From contig RQSC01000008.1 in assembly GCA_013416795.1 (NCBI GenBank), positions 8,767-72,766 on the forward strand: a DNA stretch of 64,000 bases. Reading direction: 5' to 3'. Shown here one piece after another: positions 33,767-45,005 of the stretch; the first letter of the stretch is position 1, and each line of letters begins with the position of its first letter. The notes below the pieces were generated by a model. That model was given only the letters and a program-made list of their open reading frames with translations, was not told where the DNA came from and ran no database searches. The position numbers and the translations under genes are program-made. This stretch comes from Prasinococcaceae sp. CCMP 1430. Its lineage: Eukaryota; Plantae; Prasinodermophyta.

Positions 33767-34370
33767 GCGTGCACGCGTGCGCTCCCTCCCTCCCTCTCCT
33801 TTGCGCCCACCCACCAAATCAAACCACACCAAACCAAACCAAACCAAAGACCACACGTTCGCTCCGTTTGCGCCCGGGGCGGATAGGGATTGCGCCAACT
33901 CACCCATTATTCAGACATCATTCCGGCGATGTCCCCAAGAGAGGGAGGCGCCGGCGGAGCGAGCGAGCGCGCCCCCGACCGACCAACAGACCGGGTCAAA
34001 AGCCCAGGCAGCCCGCGCCATTCGGCCGACCGAGACGGCCGGACCGGACCGGATCGGAATCGGATCGCAACGGAATCGGATCGGATCGAGGGAAGCGGCG
34101 CGCCCCGCCCCGCCCCGCTCGGGCGCCGCCGACCGAGCGATGGATCAGCCAGCCAGTCTGCCAGCGCGGTGCGGCGGCGGCCCGGCCGGCCGGCGNCGCG
34201 AGCCTCAGCCCGAGCGGGATTTCTCTGCTGCCGAAAAACGTCGCTGCACCGCCCTCGCACAGCTCACCCGGCGCCAGCTCGCACACCGACACCTCCCCCC
34301 CTCCCCATTCCCTTCTGTCTCGGGCATGCCGCCAAACATTGCCCTGGCCGTCGCCTCGCACAACCACGGA

Positions 34371-35496
34371 ATGAAGCTCCCAGAGGGGGGGCAGCAGCGA
34401 CAGGGTGCGGACGCGGAGGCCGATGGCTCGCCGCTCAGCGCGCTCGAGGTGCGTGCGCTCGCGCGCGCCTTTCGCGCGGCACGTGTCGCGCCTCCAGCGG
34501 GCGCCGCTGACTCGCTCCCCTTGCCGCATGCAGCGGGTGTGCAGCGTGGAGACGGTGCAGCTCGCGACCGCGGCGAGCGGCCGCACCGGCGCCGACATCT
34601 TCACCGGCGTGACGGCAGCCGAAGGGGCGTTCAGCCCGCGTGTCTTCGGCGGGCAGCTCTGCGCGCAGGCGCTCGTCGCGGCCGCCCGCACGCTGCCGCC
34701 CGCCAACGGGGGCGGGGCGCGCCGATGCCACTCGATGCATTCGTACTTTCTGAGCGCGGGCGACGTTTCGGAGCCCTTCGTCTTCACGGTTGAGCGGCTG
34801 CGCGATGGCGGGAGCTTCAGCCAGCGGCAGGTCGTGGCGCGGCAGCGTGGCGAGGCCGTCTTCACCATGACGGCAAGCTATCAAAGCGAGGCCACCTGGA
34901 ACACGCCGCGCGCGCTGCGCTACCAGCTCGCTGCGCCCGAGGGGGTGCCGCCGCCCGAGAGCCTGCCGACGCAGCAGCAGACGTGGGAAGGCATGCTGGC
35001 AGACTCGCGCCTCGACGAGAGCGCGCGCGAGAGCGTGCGAAGGCGCTACGAGGCACTCCCCCCCTTTCCGCTCGATATCAGGTTTGTGAAACCCATTCAG
35101 CGACTCGCCGAGATGGAGCCGCGCGAGCCCACGCAGTTCGCGTGGGTGAGAATGCCGGAGTCCTTCATGGGGGACGGCCGGGAGGAGTTGCACGAGGCTG
35201 TCGTCGCGTACGCTTCAGATTGGGGCCTGCTGGAAACTTGCTGCCTGCCCCATGGCATGAATTTGAGCCAGCGGCGGATCAGACTGGCCAGCCTCGACCA
35301 CACCATATACTTCCACCATCCCGTATCCCCGTGCGAGTGGCTACTCTACCACATGCAAGGGACGTCAAGCAGCGGGGAACGCGGGTTGGCGCAGGGCTTC
35401 ATCTACAGCAGGGACGGGCAGCTCAAGGTCTCGGTTTTTCAGGAGGGCCTCATGCGCGTCGTCGAACGCCACAGCGCGCCTCGATCAAAGCTCTGA
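34371..35496 (+). CDS. Acyl-CoA thioesterase II (TesB/ACOT8 family), one intron
   Basis: RVFGGQLCAQAL, HSMHSYFL, RDGGSFSQR, AYASD, SLDHTIYFH; C-terminal SKL is a peroxisomal PTS1. Confidence 0.92.
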
Positions 35497-35538
35497 GCGC
35501 GTCGCCGCCAAGCGAGGGCACGTACTGTATTGTATCAC

Positions 35539-35543
35539 TGTAA
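35539..35543 (+). promoter_or_regulatory. TGTAA chlorophyte-type polyadenylation signal of the thioesterase gene
   Basis: About 40 nt after the stop codon; similar TGTAA after the JmjC gene (31220-31224, minus strand). Confidence 0.55.
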
Positions 35544-35545
35544 AA

Positions 35546-38500
35546 TTATTGGCGGAGGGTGCCCACCTCTGCCACGGTCGTGGCGAGCTCGGTCTCCACC
35601 TGCTTTAGCCGCTGTCGCAGGCGAGCCACATCCGCCTCGGCCGCCATTTGGCGCTCGCGCGCGGCCGCGCTCGCCTGCACCTCGCCGTCCAGTTGCGCCT
35701 GCAGCAGGCCCACGGTCTCGTTCATCTCCACTAGGTCGTGCTCCACCGCAGCGAGCGTCGCCTCCGCGACGGTGGCGGCGTTCGTCGCTGCAGTTTTCTG
35801 AGCTTCGGCAATGGCCACCGCGCGACTCGCTGCGGAGCGCGCCTCCTCGCTCTCGGCTCGTGCGTTCTGTAGCGCGGCCAGCGCGGCATCCTCACGCGTC
35901 CTGAGCTGCGCCACCTGCGACTTGAGGTTCTGAAACTCGCTTGCAGAGGCGTGACCCTCCGATGCCGGCCGCGCACTGTCTGTGTTTGCCTCAGCCATGG
36001 CCTCATCGAAGCGGCGCTGCACTGCTGAAGTGATGGATGTCGACGGCCCCGATGGCGGCACCGTATCCTGCATCGGCGACGGCTCAGGGTCGTGCACGGT
36101 CCACTCCGGCCCAAGGGGCGATAGTGCTGGGCGCGTGGAGCTGCCCGCTGCATCGTCGCACGCGGGCAGGGCAGGTGAAGGCGCCGAGGCCGCCACCTCC
36201 TGCGCCTGCTGCGTGGGCGCCTGCCCAGGCTGCGCCGCCTCCTGTGCGTGTTCCCTTTCTTGCAAGACAGGTTTGCCATCGATGCTGACTGGGATGGACA
36301 CTACTGGCTGGGTCGGCTCCTCTCGCGTGCGCTGCGCCTGCTGCTCGTCCGACGCCCCGCGCGTGCCCCTTTTGCCCCTGCTCTTGACCGCTCGCTTTGC
36401 TTTGGCCTTGGTCGTGGTGCTGCTCGCACGGTCCCTCGCATTCGGCGGCTGCTCTTGGCTTGTTTTGTCGCTCTTGCTGGGGGCCTTGGGCTCAGCAAAG
36501 CGGGCGAACGCGGCCTTGAGCTCCTTCAAGCTTATCTTGCCGTCGCTGTTCCTATCAACCGCCTGCATGTTGGCCAGCACCAGGCGGACGTCCCGTACCG
36601 TCATCTCAGGCGCCAGCCTGAGAAACATGGCACGTAGCTCAAAGGGCTCGAGGAACCCCGAGCCGTCCCTGTCAAATGCGCGGAACTCAGTCTGCACGGT
36701 GGTCCTGTCGCGCTCAATCGCCTCGGCCAATCCCCTGAAGACCGCAGCCAGGTCATCGCTGCCATCCACGTTCCCGCCATTCTTCACATTCGTCGCAGCC
36801 GCACGCATGGCCTTGACGTTCGCGCAGACTTCCGAGAATGTGGCCGAGTCGCCCTTGTGGGTCAGTCCAAGGGCGCCACGGAAGTAGCGCAGGTCCCCGC
36901 CAGACAGGCCAGGCATCACCGATCGGATGAAGCGCCGAAGCTCAGGCCACTCGAGCGAGCCGCTGCGGTCCTTGTCAAATTTGGCGAACTCGGTGGTCAG
37001 GTTGCTGTTGGTCTCCAGAATCTTGTGCTCGAGCGCGTCCCAGAAGCCCGCATCTTTGGAGCCGTCGCGCTTCGGCTGCGGCTTGCGCCCCGGCAGCTCC
37101 CACTTGAACATACGCGGCCGCGGGCGAGTGGGGCGCGGCCGAACGATCGGCACCAGCCGAAGCATGCGCGCGAGCTGCTCCAGAGTCACACGCCCGCGCG
37201 GTCGAGGCAGCTGATCTTGCTCGGCGCCTGCCGCGCACGCCGCCTCTGTGGCGCGGATGTGCGCCAGCAAGACGTCCTGTCCGGCCGGCCCGCCCTCGAC
37301 CGGTGCATCGCGCAGGTTTGGCAGCAACACACCCACCAGCGCCACAGCCTCCAGGTGCGACAGAGAGCCGTCAGCGCTCGCTGCGCCGAATTGGCGAAAT
37401 GCGAGCGACAGCGCGCGCAGCGGTTGACGCGTGCGCGCCTGCAGTGCCGCCTTCACCTGTGCGAGCACATGCATAAGCGCCCCCACGGGCGCTCGTGCGG
37501 CCTCCGCACCCGCCTTGATTGCCCTGAGAGCGGCTTCCGTCGACAGCGTGGCAGTTGCCGCAGAGCGCGCGGCGAGTGCGAACGCCACCGTCAGCGCTGC
37601 CTCGTCGCCGGACTGCGCATGCTCGCCCATCGCACCGATCACAGCGGCGGCGGCGACTGCAGGCGTGGGAAGCCCACCGGGGGGGGCCAATGCATTCTCA
37701 AGGGCGTCGGTGCTAAGCGCCTCAGCACGCACGCACACGTCCCCCGCGGGGCGCACGACGGCGCCCCTGACCAGCTTCCCCACAGGCAGTGGCACATCCG
37801 CGGCCGTGTACATGATGCCTGTCGAGGCCTCGAGCAACAGCTGCTCGTCAGAGTGCTCTCGGGCGTCGATCAGCTCTACGGACGCGTGCAGCAGGGCCTC
37901 AGCAGCGTCAGCCAACGGGCCAGCAGCGGCGGTGGCCGCCCTCCCCGTGCCAGCCGATGTGGTGGCAGGACTGCTCACTTGCGCGACGCCGTCCGCTGAA
38001 GTGTGCGGCGATTGCTCAGCATTTGCGGCAAACGCTGATGGTACGCATCCGCCACCCAGAGAGGCGTCGCCCGCGTTGAGCTTGCCGGGCACGAAGCCAG
38101 TGATTGTGCTCGAGGGCGAGCCCGACTCCAACGAGGTGGCGAGCGATGCAGACGCTGCGGGAAGCGATTCGCGCGACTGCTGCGCCTGCGTGACCGCGGG
38201 GCTGTCGACATCATCGAGCTGCGTGGCGTTTGCGACTGGCTGCGCGCAGCCGAGTACCACTCTCGTCACAAGCGCCGCGATCTCGGCCTTGGCCTTCGCG
38301 CCCGCGACCGATGGCGGCGCGCCATCCACGCGCGCGGCCCATTGCTCGCGCACGGACTTAGCGAACGCCTCGCGGTCCTCGACCGGGAGAGCGCGGCCAC
38401 CGCGTGACACCCATTCGTCAACAGCACGCCGCGCTCCGGACAGTGCGGCTACGGCCTCGAGCGTGGGGTCAGCGCCCGGTGCCACGGGAGATCCGGTGGC

Positions 38501-39397
38501 GGCGTGCCCGCCCTTGAGCGACCCGGTCGACGTCGGGAACCTGACAGCACGCCGCGCGCCGCGCGCCGCGCGGGCTGGAAGCGCGCCCGACAGACCGCCC
38601 TTCCCCGCGACGCTCTGCCCTTCCGCCTCCTTGGCCGCCGCGGATCCTTTGAGCGCGCTGATGACCTTGGCGAGGCTCTTCGAATCGACCTGTCCAGTGC
38701 GCGGATCCCTCGAGACGCTCGTGAGTGCGGCGTGCACCTCAGGGTTGGTGCGCGCGAGCGCGACGAGCGCGCTTGCAGTCGGGCTGGGCTTGGCTGATCG
38801 TGGGGCGACGGGTCCAGCAGCAGGGCTCACATCTTCCCGCCGCTGCGGCGACGGCTGCTCCCGTCCTTGCGGGTGCTGCTTGGCCGGTGTGGCTTCTTCT
38901 GAGGCGCCCTCCGCCGGCGCGGCCACGTCGGTCACAACGGCAGCAGTGGGTTGCCCCACCTCAGTCACATCCTGTGTTGCTAAGCCCTCCCGTGCCTCGT
39001 CCTCCCTGGCGCAGTCTTTCACGGCTCTCTTTGCGGCATTGATGCCCGCGCTCGCCGCGGCCTCCCTGCTCTCCCGCCCCTGTTCGCGCCAGAACGCTTG
39101 CCTCTGGCGACGCGCTTTCGCGAGCGCGTTGCTGACGGGCTCCCCGGTGGCGCCCACCGGCGCCCCCTCAGAGTGCGGCGTGCCCTCTCGCGAGGCGCGA
39201 AAGCGCGCGACGGCGGCGGCACGCGACCCGAGCGTCTCCGCCGCCGGCGCGCTGCCGCCCTCCGACGCCGCGTTCGGCGCGCTCGCCGACGCTCTCTCCG
39301 ATCGCAACGCGATGGTGTTCGAGGCGGGCACCGAGCTGCTTTGCGCGGTGCTCGCGGCGGTGCGCGCCACGCGCGACAGCAGCCATGAGGGTGCCAT
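35546..39397 (-). CDS. Large EF-hand calcium-binding protein with C-terminal coiled coil
   Basis: EF loops DKDRSGSLEWPE, DRDGSGFLEPFE, DRNSDGKISLKE. Confidence 0.75.
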   Translation of the reverse strand: MAPSWLLSRVARTAASTAQSSSVPASNTIALRSERASASAPNAASEGGSAPAAETLGSRAAAVARFRASREGTPHSEGAPVGATGEPVSNALAKARRQRQAFWREQGRESREAAASAGINAAKRAVKDCAREDEAREGLATQDVTEVGQPTAAVVTDVAAPAEGASEEATPAKQHPQGREQPSPQRREDVSPAAGPVAPRSAKPSPTASALVALARTNPEVHAALTSVSRDPRTGQVDSKSLAKVISALKGSAAAKEAEGQSVAGKGGLSGALPARAARGARRAVRFPTSTGSLKGGHAATGSPVAPGADPTLEAVAALSGARRAVDEWVSRGGRALPVEDREAFAKSVREQWAARVDGAPPSVAGAKAKAEIAALVTRVVLGCAQPVANATQLDDVDSPAVTQAQQSRESLPAASASLATSLESGSPSSTITGFVPGKLNAGDASLGGGCVPSAFAANAEQSPHTSADGVAQVSSPATTSAGTGRAATAAAGPLADAAEALLHASVELIDAREHSDEQLLLEASTGIMYTAADVPLPVGKLVRGAVVRPAGDVCVRAEALSTDALENALAPPGGLPTPAVAAAAVIGAMGEHAQSGDEAALTVAFALAARSAATATLSTEAALRAIKAGAEAARAPVGALMHVLAQVKAALQARTRQPLRALSLAFRQFGAASADGSLSHLEAVALVGVLLPNLRDAPVEGGPAGQDVLLAHIRATEAACAAGAEQDQLPRPRGRVTLEQLARMLRLVPIVRPRPTRPRPRMFKWELPGRKPQPKRDGSKDAGFWDALEHKILETNSNLTTEFAKFDKDRSGSLEWPELRRFIRSVMPGLSGGDLRYFRGALGLTHKGDSATFSEVCANVKAMRAAATNVKNGGNVDGSDDLAAVFRGLAEAIERDRTTVQTEFRAFDRDGSGFLEPFELRAMFLRLAPEMTVRDVRLVLANMQAVDRNSDGKISLKELKAAFARFAEPKAPSKSDKTSQEQPPNARDRASSTTTKAKAKRAVKSRGKRGTRGASDEQQAQRTREEPTQPVVSIPVSIDGKPVLQEREHAQEAAQPGQAPTQQAQEVAASAPSPALPACDDAAGSSTRPALSPLGPEWTVHDPEPSPMQDTVPPSGPSTSITSAVQRRFDEAMAEANTDSARPASEGHASASEFQNLKSQVAQLRTREDAALAALQNARAESEEARSAASRAVAIAEAQKTAATNAATVAEATLAAVEHDLVEMNETVGLLQAQLDGEVQASAAARERQMAAEADVARLRQRLKQVETELATTVAEVGTLRQ

Positions 39398-40314
39398 CGC
39401 CGCAGCGCTCGCCACCGCGGCGACGCGCTACACCTCGAGCGGCCGCAACGCACGCGTCCTCGCCGCCGTCGAGGCCCTGCTGGACGCCGCCGACGCCTGC
39501 GGGTGCGAGCTGCCCGCCGCCTTCGACGGCGTGCGCGAGGGCGCCGCATCGCGCGCGCGACGCGCCGCATGAAGCCTCGCCCAGCCCCGCGCGCACGCGC
39601 CGCACGCCGTGTGACGATCGGGGCCGCGCGCCGGGGGTCGCCACCCCAGGCAGCGCTCTCTCACACGCGCTGCTTCGCCACCCTCTCCGAGATGCCGCCT
39701 TCCCCCTTACCCCCCCCCCCCCAACCCCCAACCGCAAGCGCGTTTGAACTTTGAAATCGCGCACGCGCTGCTGTCGCGCGCGGCGCCGGCCGGGGGGAAC
39801 GGCCGGGCCGGCCAGCCAGCCAGGTACGCCTCGCACGCGCGCGCGCGCCGCGTTCGCGTTCCCATCCGATGCAGGGCCGAACGCGATGGCCGCGCCCGGC
39901 CAAGGGCGCGCCAGTTTCACAATCCGGATCGAGGTTGGCTTGATTTTCGTCGGGTGCACATGGATGGATGGTGCTGCATGGTGGTGCACAGTTGCATGCG
40001 TTGCATGTTGTGATGTTGGTATCGCGGCGCCCGGCGCGCAGACTCGAGCGGCGCCCGCGCCCGCGCAGGAGCGCTCGCGCTCCTCTCTCGCGGGTGGGGT
40101 GGGGCGGGGAGGGGGAAGGGACTGCGCAGAGGCCCGCGGAAGCCCAGGGCTACTACACGGGCGCGTACAGCCGGCACATCAGGCGCACGCCAGCCGACGC
40201 ACGGACGATGCCGCGTGTACATGGCACCGCTCTTACATGTCGGGGCCGGACGAGCGACCTCGCTCGCGCGCGTGCCCTGGCCCTCCACCCCTCGGCCCGC
40301 GTGGCATTCGCTCG

Positions 40315-40862
40315 TCACCGCCCGTTGCTGAGCCTGCTCATTTCGGCTTCCTGTGCGGCGATGGCCTTGCGCAGCGATTCGTGCTCGCGCGCGAGCCTAT
40401 CGAGCGTCTCCTTCTTGGCGCCCACCGCGGCGTGGTGCCCCGCCTCCAACCGGCGGCGCGCGCCCGCCTCGGCCGTCGCGCGGTTGCGCAGGCCCACCGC
40501 GCGCAGCTTTTGCCGCTCCAGCTTGGACGCTTGCTCGTCTACGGCACCAAGCAGTCGACTCACCACTGCGGCGCGGCGCGCAGCGCCGTGTCAGACGGCA
40601 ATCACAGGCATGTGGCGAGCAACGCGCGTCCCTGGTAGCGCCGGATCGCTCGCAAGCGCGCGGGCGCGCCTGCGCTGAGCCCAGCCCGCCTCGGCCACTG
40701 CGTGCGCGCGCGCGGCGCGGCGCCCTCACTGTTGTCGAACTCGGTGACTTTCTCCACAAACTCGCCCGCCTGCGCCTGCAGCGTCTCCGTCGCCGTGAAC
40801 TTGTCGGCGTCGAGCACTCGGATCTGATAGTTGGCGTCAAACGTGATGCCGCTGTCGGCCAT
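40315..40862 (-). CDS. IFT20: Intraflagellar transport protein 20 (two exons)
   Basis: GITFDANYQIRVLD...EFVEKVTEF | ...VDEQASKLERQKLRAVGLRN...RLAREHESL matches the IFT20 pattern; GTGAG-CAG intron. Confidence 0.85.
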
Positions 40863-41705
40863 CGCGGCGGCCTCGCGCGCGGGCGTGCCGCCACTGCTGC
40901 GTGCAGCCTCTAGACGCCCCACCGGGCGGATGTGAGGCGCACGCGCGCGCGCGCGTTACTTTCGCGGGTGTGGCGCCGGGGGTGACCGTCCCCCCCCCCT
41001 TCCCTGCGCGACGACGCCCCAACCAAGCGCAGCGCCCTGCCCCTGGCTGCGTTTGACCGCGCGAGCGCACGCGCGCTTTCGAAGCGCTTCCCTCTCGCCT
41101 CTTGTTGGCTGTTGGTTGGTTGGGGCAGGGCTTTCCAGCCATCTCCCTCGCCGCGCCGGCGGCGCCGCGCGCCAGGCCGCCGATTGGGATCCGAGCGCGT
41201 GCCGAGCGGCGCTGCGCCCGCCGGCCCGGCAGGGGATGGGTGGGTGGGAGGCGGGGGGTGAGCGCCGCCCGGCCGGCGCTGCGCGCGCGTTCGGGGAACA
41301 GAACCCCCGAACGCAGGCATAAAGACATGATGATTGATGAGAACGCTTTTTGTCCGCGGTCGATCGAGAAGCGCCTGAATTAATCCCCCTTCATTTTGGC
41401 CTGGTTTGGCGTGCTGCGTTTGCCCCTGCGCACACCGGCCGGCCAGGCTGCGACAGACAGAGGCGCCGATCCCACCGAGGCGCGGCGCGCGGGCCGGTGC
41501 GGCGCGCGGGAGCAAAGCGGAAGCGCAGCGCGGGCCACAGACGCCCGCGCGCACTTCGAAACGGGGGGAAGGGGAGGCGTGCCGGCGCGGAGGCGTGCGG
41601 GCGGGGGCGCCGCCGCGTGCGGGCGCGTGCCACACACGCCAGTTCGGTCGCGGGCCGGGTTGGCCTGCGCCCCCGTCGGCGGGGCGATCCCCAGCGATCG
41701 CAGCC

Positions 41706-42755
41706 ATGCCGGGGCGATTGGCGAGCCGCGGGCGGCCCGCAGGAAGACGCTCCGGGGTGCTGCTGTGGGTGGCGTGCGCAGCGGCCGCCTCCACCTTTGT
41801 CTCTGCCTCTGCCTCCGCCTACGGGATGGGCAGCTCGTACGGCGGACCAGGCTACTACGGCAACCCTCCACCCACCCTGCTGCCGCCTCCTGCGATGGCG
41901 TCGCCTCCCCCGCCAGCAGCGCAGCCGCCGCATCCGCCGCCGCCTGCGGCACAGCCCCCCCCGGCGGTGCCGTTCCAGCCCTCCAAGGCATCAATTTGGG
42001 TGAACGCGACCTTCACGGGCGCGGACGCCGCCTCGCTCGACGACGAGGACTTTGTCGCGAAGCTGCGCGCCGAGTACCGCGCGGCGGTGGCCGACGTCGC
42101 GGGCGTTGAACTGGCAGCCGTGCGCGTGAGGGCGGTGCTCCCTGGCTCGATCGTGGCGTGCGCGGAGGTCGGCTACGCCTCGAACTACGATGCGATCAAC
42201 GCGGCGTCCAGCCTGCCTGTGGACCACCCGGGGGGCGATGTCTTCGCGGGTAGCGAATTCCTCGGGCAGCTCGGCGACGCCGAGCTCGCCACAGACGTGC
42301 TCCAGACGGAGGGAGGCGGGGGTACGACAGCCTCGCCTCCGCCGCAGGGCGGGGCTGAACCTCGCAAGTCAAGGACACCGCCGTCGGCCGGAGATGACGA
42401 TGGAGGCAGCGACGATGGTGGCGACGACGACGGTATGCTGTCGCCACCCCCGGGCGAGGAATCGAGCGGAGGTCTGCTGGACGACCTGCCGCTCGAGCTG
42501 ATCGCTGGGGCTGCAGGCGGCGTAGTGGTCGTGGGACTCGGGGCAATTGTGCTCCTCCGGCGGCGGCGCAGAGGTGGAAAGAAGCGCGGTGCCGCTCGGC
42601 GCAGCGACCGCGATGGTCGGAACGACTTCACCTCCTACTTCCCGGAGGAAAACGCATTCTCATCCCTCGAGGTGGACGAGGACGCCATGGGCAGCGGCGT
42701 GGAGCTAGGCGGCATCGGGCGGGGCGGCAGGGTGGGGCAAAGGTCGTTCTACTGA
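41706..42755 (+). CDS. Type I membrane protein with signal peptide, Pro-rich segment, SEA-like stalk and TM helix
   Basis: Hydrophobic N-terminus, PPPP runs, VRVRAVLPGSIV, TM LIAGAAGGVVVVGLGAIVLL followed by RRRRR. Confidence 0.7.
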   Translation: MPGRLASRGRPAGRRSGVLLWVACAAAASTFVSASASAYGMGSSYGGPGYYGNPPPTLLPPPAMASPPPPAAQPPHPPPPAAQPPPAVPFQPSKASIWVNATFTGADAASLDDEDFVAKLRAEYRAAVADVAGVELAAVRVRAVLPGSIVACAEVGYASNYDAINAASSLPVDHPGGDVFAGSEFLGQLGDAELATDVLQTEGGGGTTASPPPQGGAEPRKSRTPPSAGDDDGGSDDGGDDDGMLSPPPGEESSGGLLDDLPLELIAGAAGGVVVVGLGAIVLLRRRRRGGKKRGAARRSDRDGRNDFTSYFPEENAFSSLEVDEDAMGSGVELGGIGRGGRVGQRSFY

Positions 42756-43113
42756 GAAGCGACGCGGGGCGCTCCTCGTCCTCACGCGCGCGGCTTGCGC
42801 CCTCAGGGCGCGGGCGGACGCGCGCCGCGGCCGTTCGTGCGATGCTCGCCACCTGGCGCGCACGGGGTCGCAGCTTCTAAGTACATTATTTGCTATTCAT
42901 GACGGCCGGCAATGCTCGCTTCTCCTACGCTGCGTACTACTCCTATGCTGTCCCTCCTCCCTCCCTCGCTCGCTTGCTCGCTCGCTCGCTGCCGAACTCG
43001 CACACATTGTTCCGTTGGGGGTGCGCACCGGTCTGCGCTGCGCACCCGCCCGGGTGTCGTGCTCGCGTGCCAGGTCGACCGCGCTCTCCATGACGGGCGC
43101 GGGTGCTGGCGAT

Positions 43114-43856
43114 CTATGCTGCCGCTACCGTCGCGGGAGAAACCTCATAGCCCGGAACACTGGCCATCAGCCGCTCGAACAGGTTTGGAGCCTGCACGCG
43201 CGCATCTGCGGCGTCAGTGATGCGTGTGGGATGGCCATGCACGAGCGCGTTGGGTGAAGGGGGCGCACGTTTGGTTTGGGTTTGGTTTGGTTTGGGTTGG
43301 GTTGGGTTGGGGAGCAAACTCGTGAGGACTCTCGCGACCAGCACGCACCTTGTGCGCGCTTTCGGCGGCATCGTTCTGAGCCGCATCATCGCTGTCGCCC
43401 TCCTCCCCCTCACTGTCCAGCGTCACGTTGAGCGAGCTGCGCGCCGAGAGCACCGACATCGGGCTGAGCAAGCCGACCGCGTCGTCCGCGTCGCTGCCCT
43501 TTGAGGAATGGCTTGCGGCGCCGCTCCATGCCTCGACGACGGTGCGTTTGCGCGCGAGCGACGCCACCTCCGAACGCAGCATCGCCACGTCGTCAGTCAG
43601 ACGCCGCACGGCCTCGACCACCGCGTTGGCGCTGGCGCCGTCGATGTCGTTCGCTCCCGCCGCGGCGTGGGTGCTGGCTCGCGGCCCCGCCGTGCTCACG
43701 GCCGGCCGCTCTTCGTTATCGGCGAAGCGCACTGCCTTTGGGCTGGCCGCGTGCGCCGCCGCAGTTGCCTCCGCCACCGCGCCCCCCCCTGCAGCCGCGG
43801 CGGCTGCTCGATGCACTTCAATCGCCTCCGCTGGCGCGGGCGTCTGAGTCTGCGTC
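43114..43856 (-). CDS. Hypothetical spliced protein (internal and last exons; first exon not resolved)
   Basis: Coding-like exon bounded by CAG acceptor and GTGCGT donor, joined to APNLFERLMASVPGYE. Confidence 0.45.
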
Positions 43857-44550
43857 TGTGCGTGCGCCGCGCGTGCCGCCGCGCGGCGGCGCGCTCGGAA
43901 AAACAAAGCATTGCGATGGTCCCAACGGATGTTGACGCAATGTGATTTCTGCCCAATCCTCCCCGCCCCCTGCCGTCGTCGTCCGCGGTCGTCGGCGGGC
44001 GCGCCGGCGTGCTTCGCCCGTGGCTGCGCTGCTCGTTCCCCTTGCGCCCCTCGTGTGTCCTGTGGCTCGCCCTTCCCCCCTCCCTTCGCCCCCCCCCCTT
44101 CCCCCTCCCCCTCCCGCGCCTCATTGCGCGCTCCGCCCCGCCCGCGCGCGATCCACCCGCGCCGCGCGGGCGTATCTGTCCACACGCGCGCGCCGTCCGA
44201 AACCCAAACCGACGCCGGACGCGCGCGCGTCCGTCGCGCGCAATTCCATTCGTTTGTTTGTTGCGCGCGGTGCGAATTGGACCCTCTCCACGCTCTCGAA
44301 CCCCAATGGCGGCGCGCGGCGCCGCGCGTGGGCGGTCACCCCGCGGCCGTCCCCTTTCTCTCCCTCCCTCGCTCGCTCGTCACGCACCCACCCCCTTCCC
44401 ACGCGCGGGCACGCAGAGGTCGGCGGGGTCAGTCGCTCGGTGGTCGGTCGGTGTGTCGCGGCGGGTCAGCCTCCGGCGCCACGTCAGCGCGGCCGCGCGG
44501 AAGCGGGGCAAACCCGCGATGGGGACGCGGAGGGGATGCGGTGGGGAACC

Positions 44551-44568
44551 CTGGCTGGCTGGCTGGGG

Positions 44569-44610
<42 letters not shown>

Positions 44611-44724
44611 GGGGCTGGCGCTGGCTCGGGGGCTGGCTGGGGGGCTGGCTGGGGTCCTGGGCCAGGCCTGGACGGGACGGGACGGGACGGGACGGGACGG
44701 GCATTTAGGGTAAGGTTAGGGTTT
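44551..44724. repeat. (GGCT)n and (GGGAC)n microsatellites followed by telomere-like TTTAGGGTAAGGTTAGGGTTT
   Basis: Directly visible in divergent intergenic region. Confidence 0.8.
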
Positions 44725-45005
44725 ACAGACGATGGCGGCGGCTCGGGACCCGATCGGATCGGCGACGGACGTCGTCGGCGTCGTCGTCGGCGGCGGCCGA
44801 TCGGCGCGCGCGCCCGCGCGGACGCTCGCTCGCGGCTCGAGACGGGGGCGGGGAGGGAGGGGAGGGCCGAGGGGAGGATGGGAGAAGGGGGAGGCGCGAG
44901 GGCCACACGGCGTACGCGCCACGCCGCGCGCGGTCGGGTGAGCTTGTCGACCTCCGCGATGGAGGTGTACCTGCCCCACTTGCCCTCGGCGCACGGGCGG
45001 TGGCG

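Noticed and set aside
37431-39572. Long antisense and alternative-frame ORFs (also 10880-12607, 16996-18441, 27786-29156, 45717-47324, 43942-45939 and many R/A/G/P-rich ORFs)
   Set aside because: Expected shadows of high-GC codon bias with few stop codons; no recognisable motifs.
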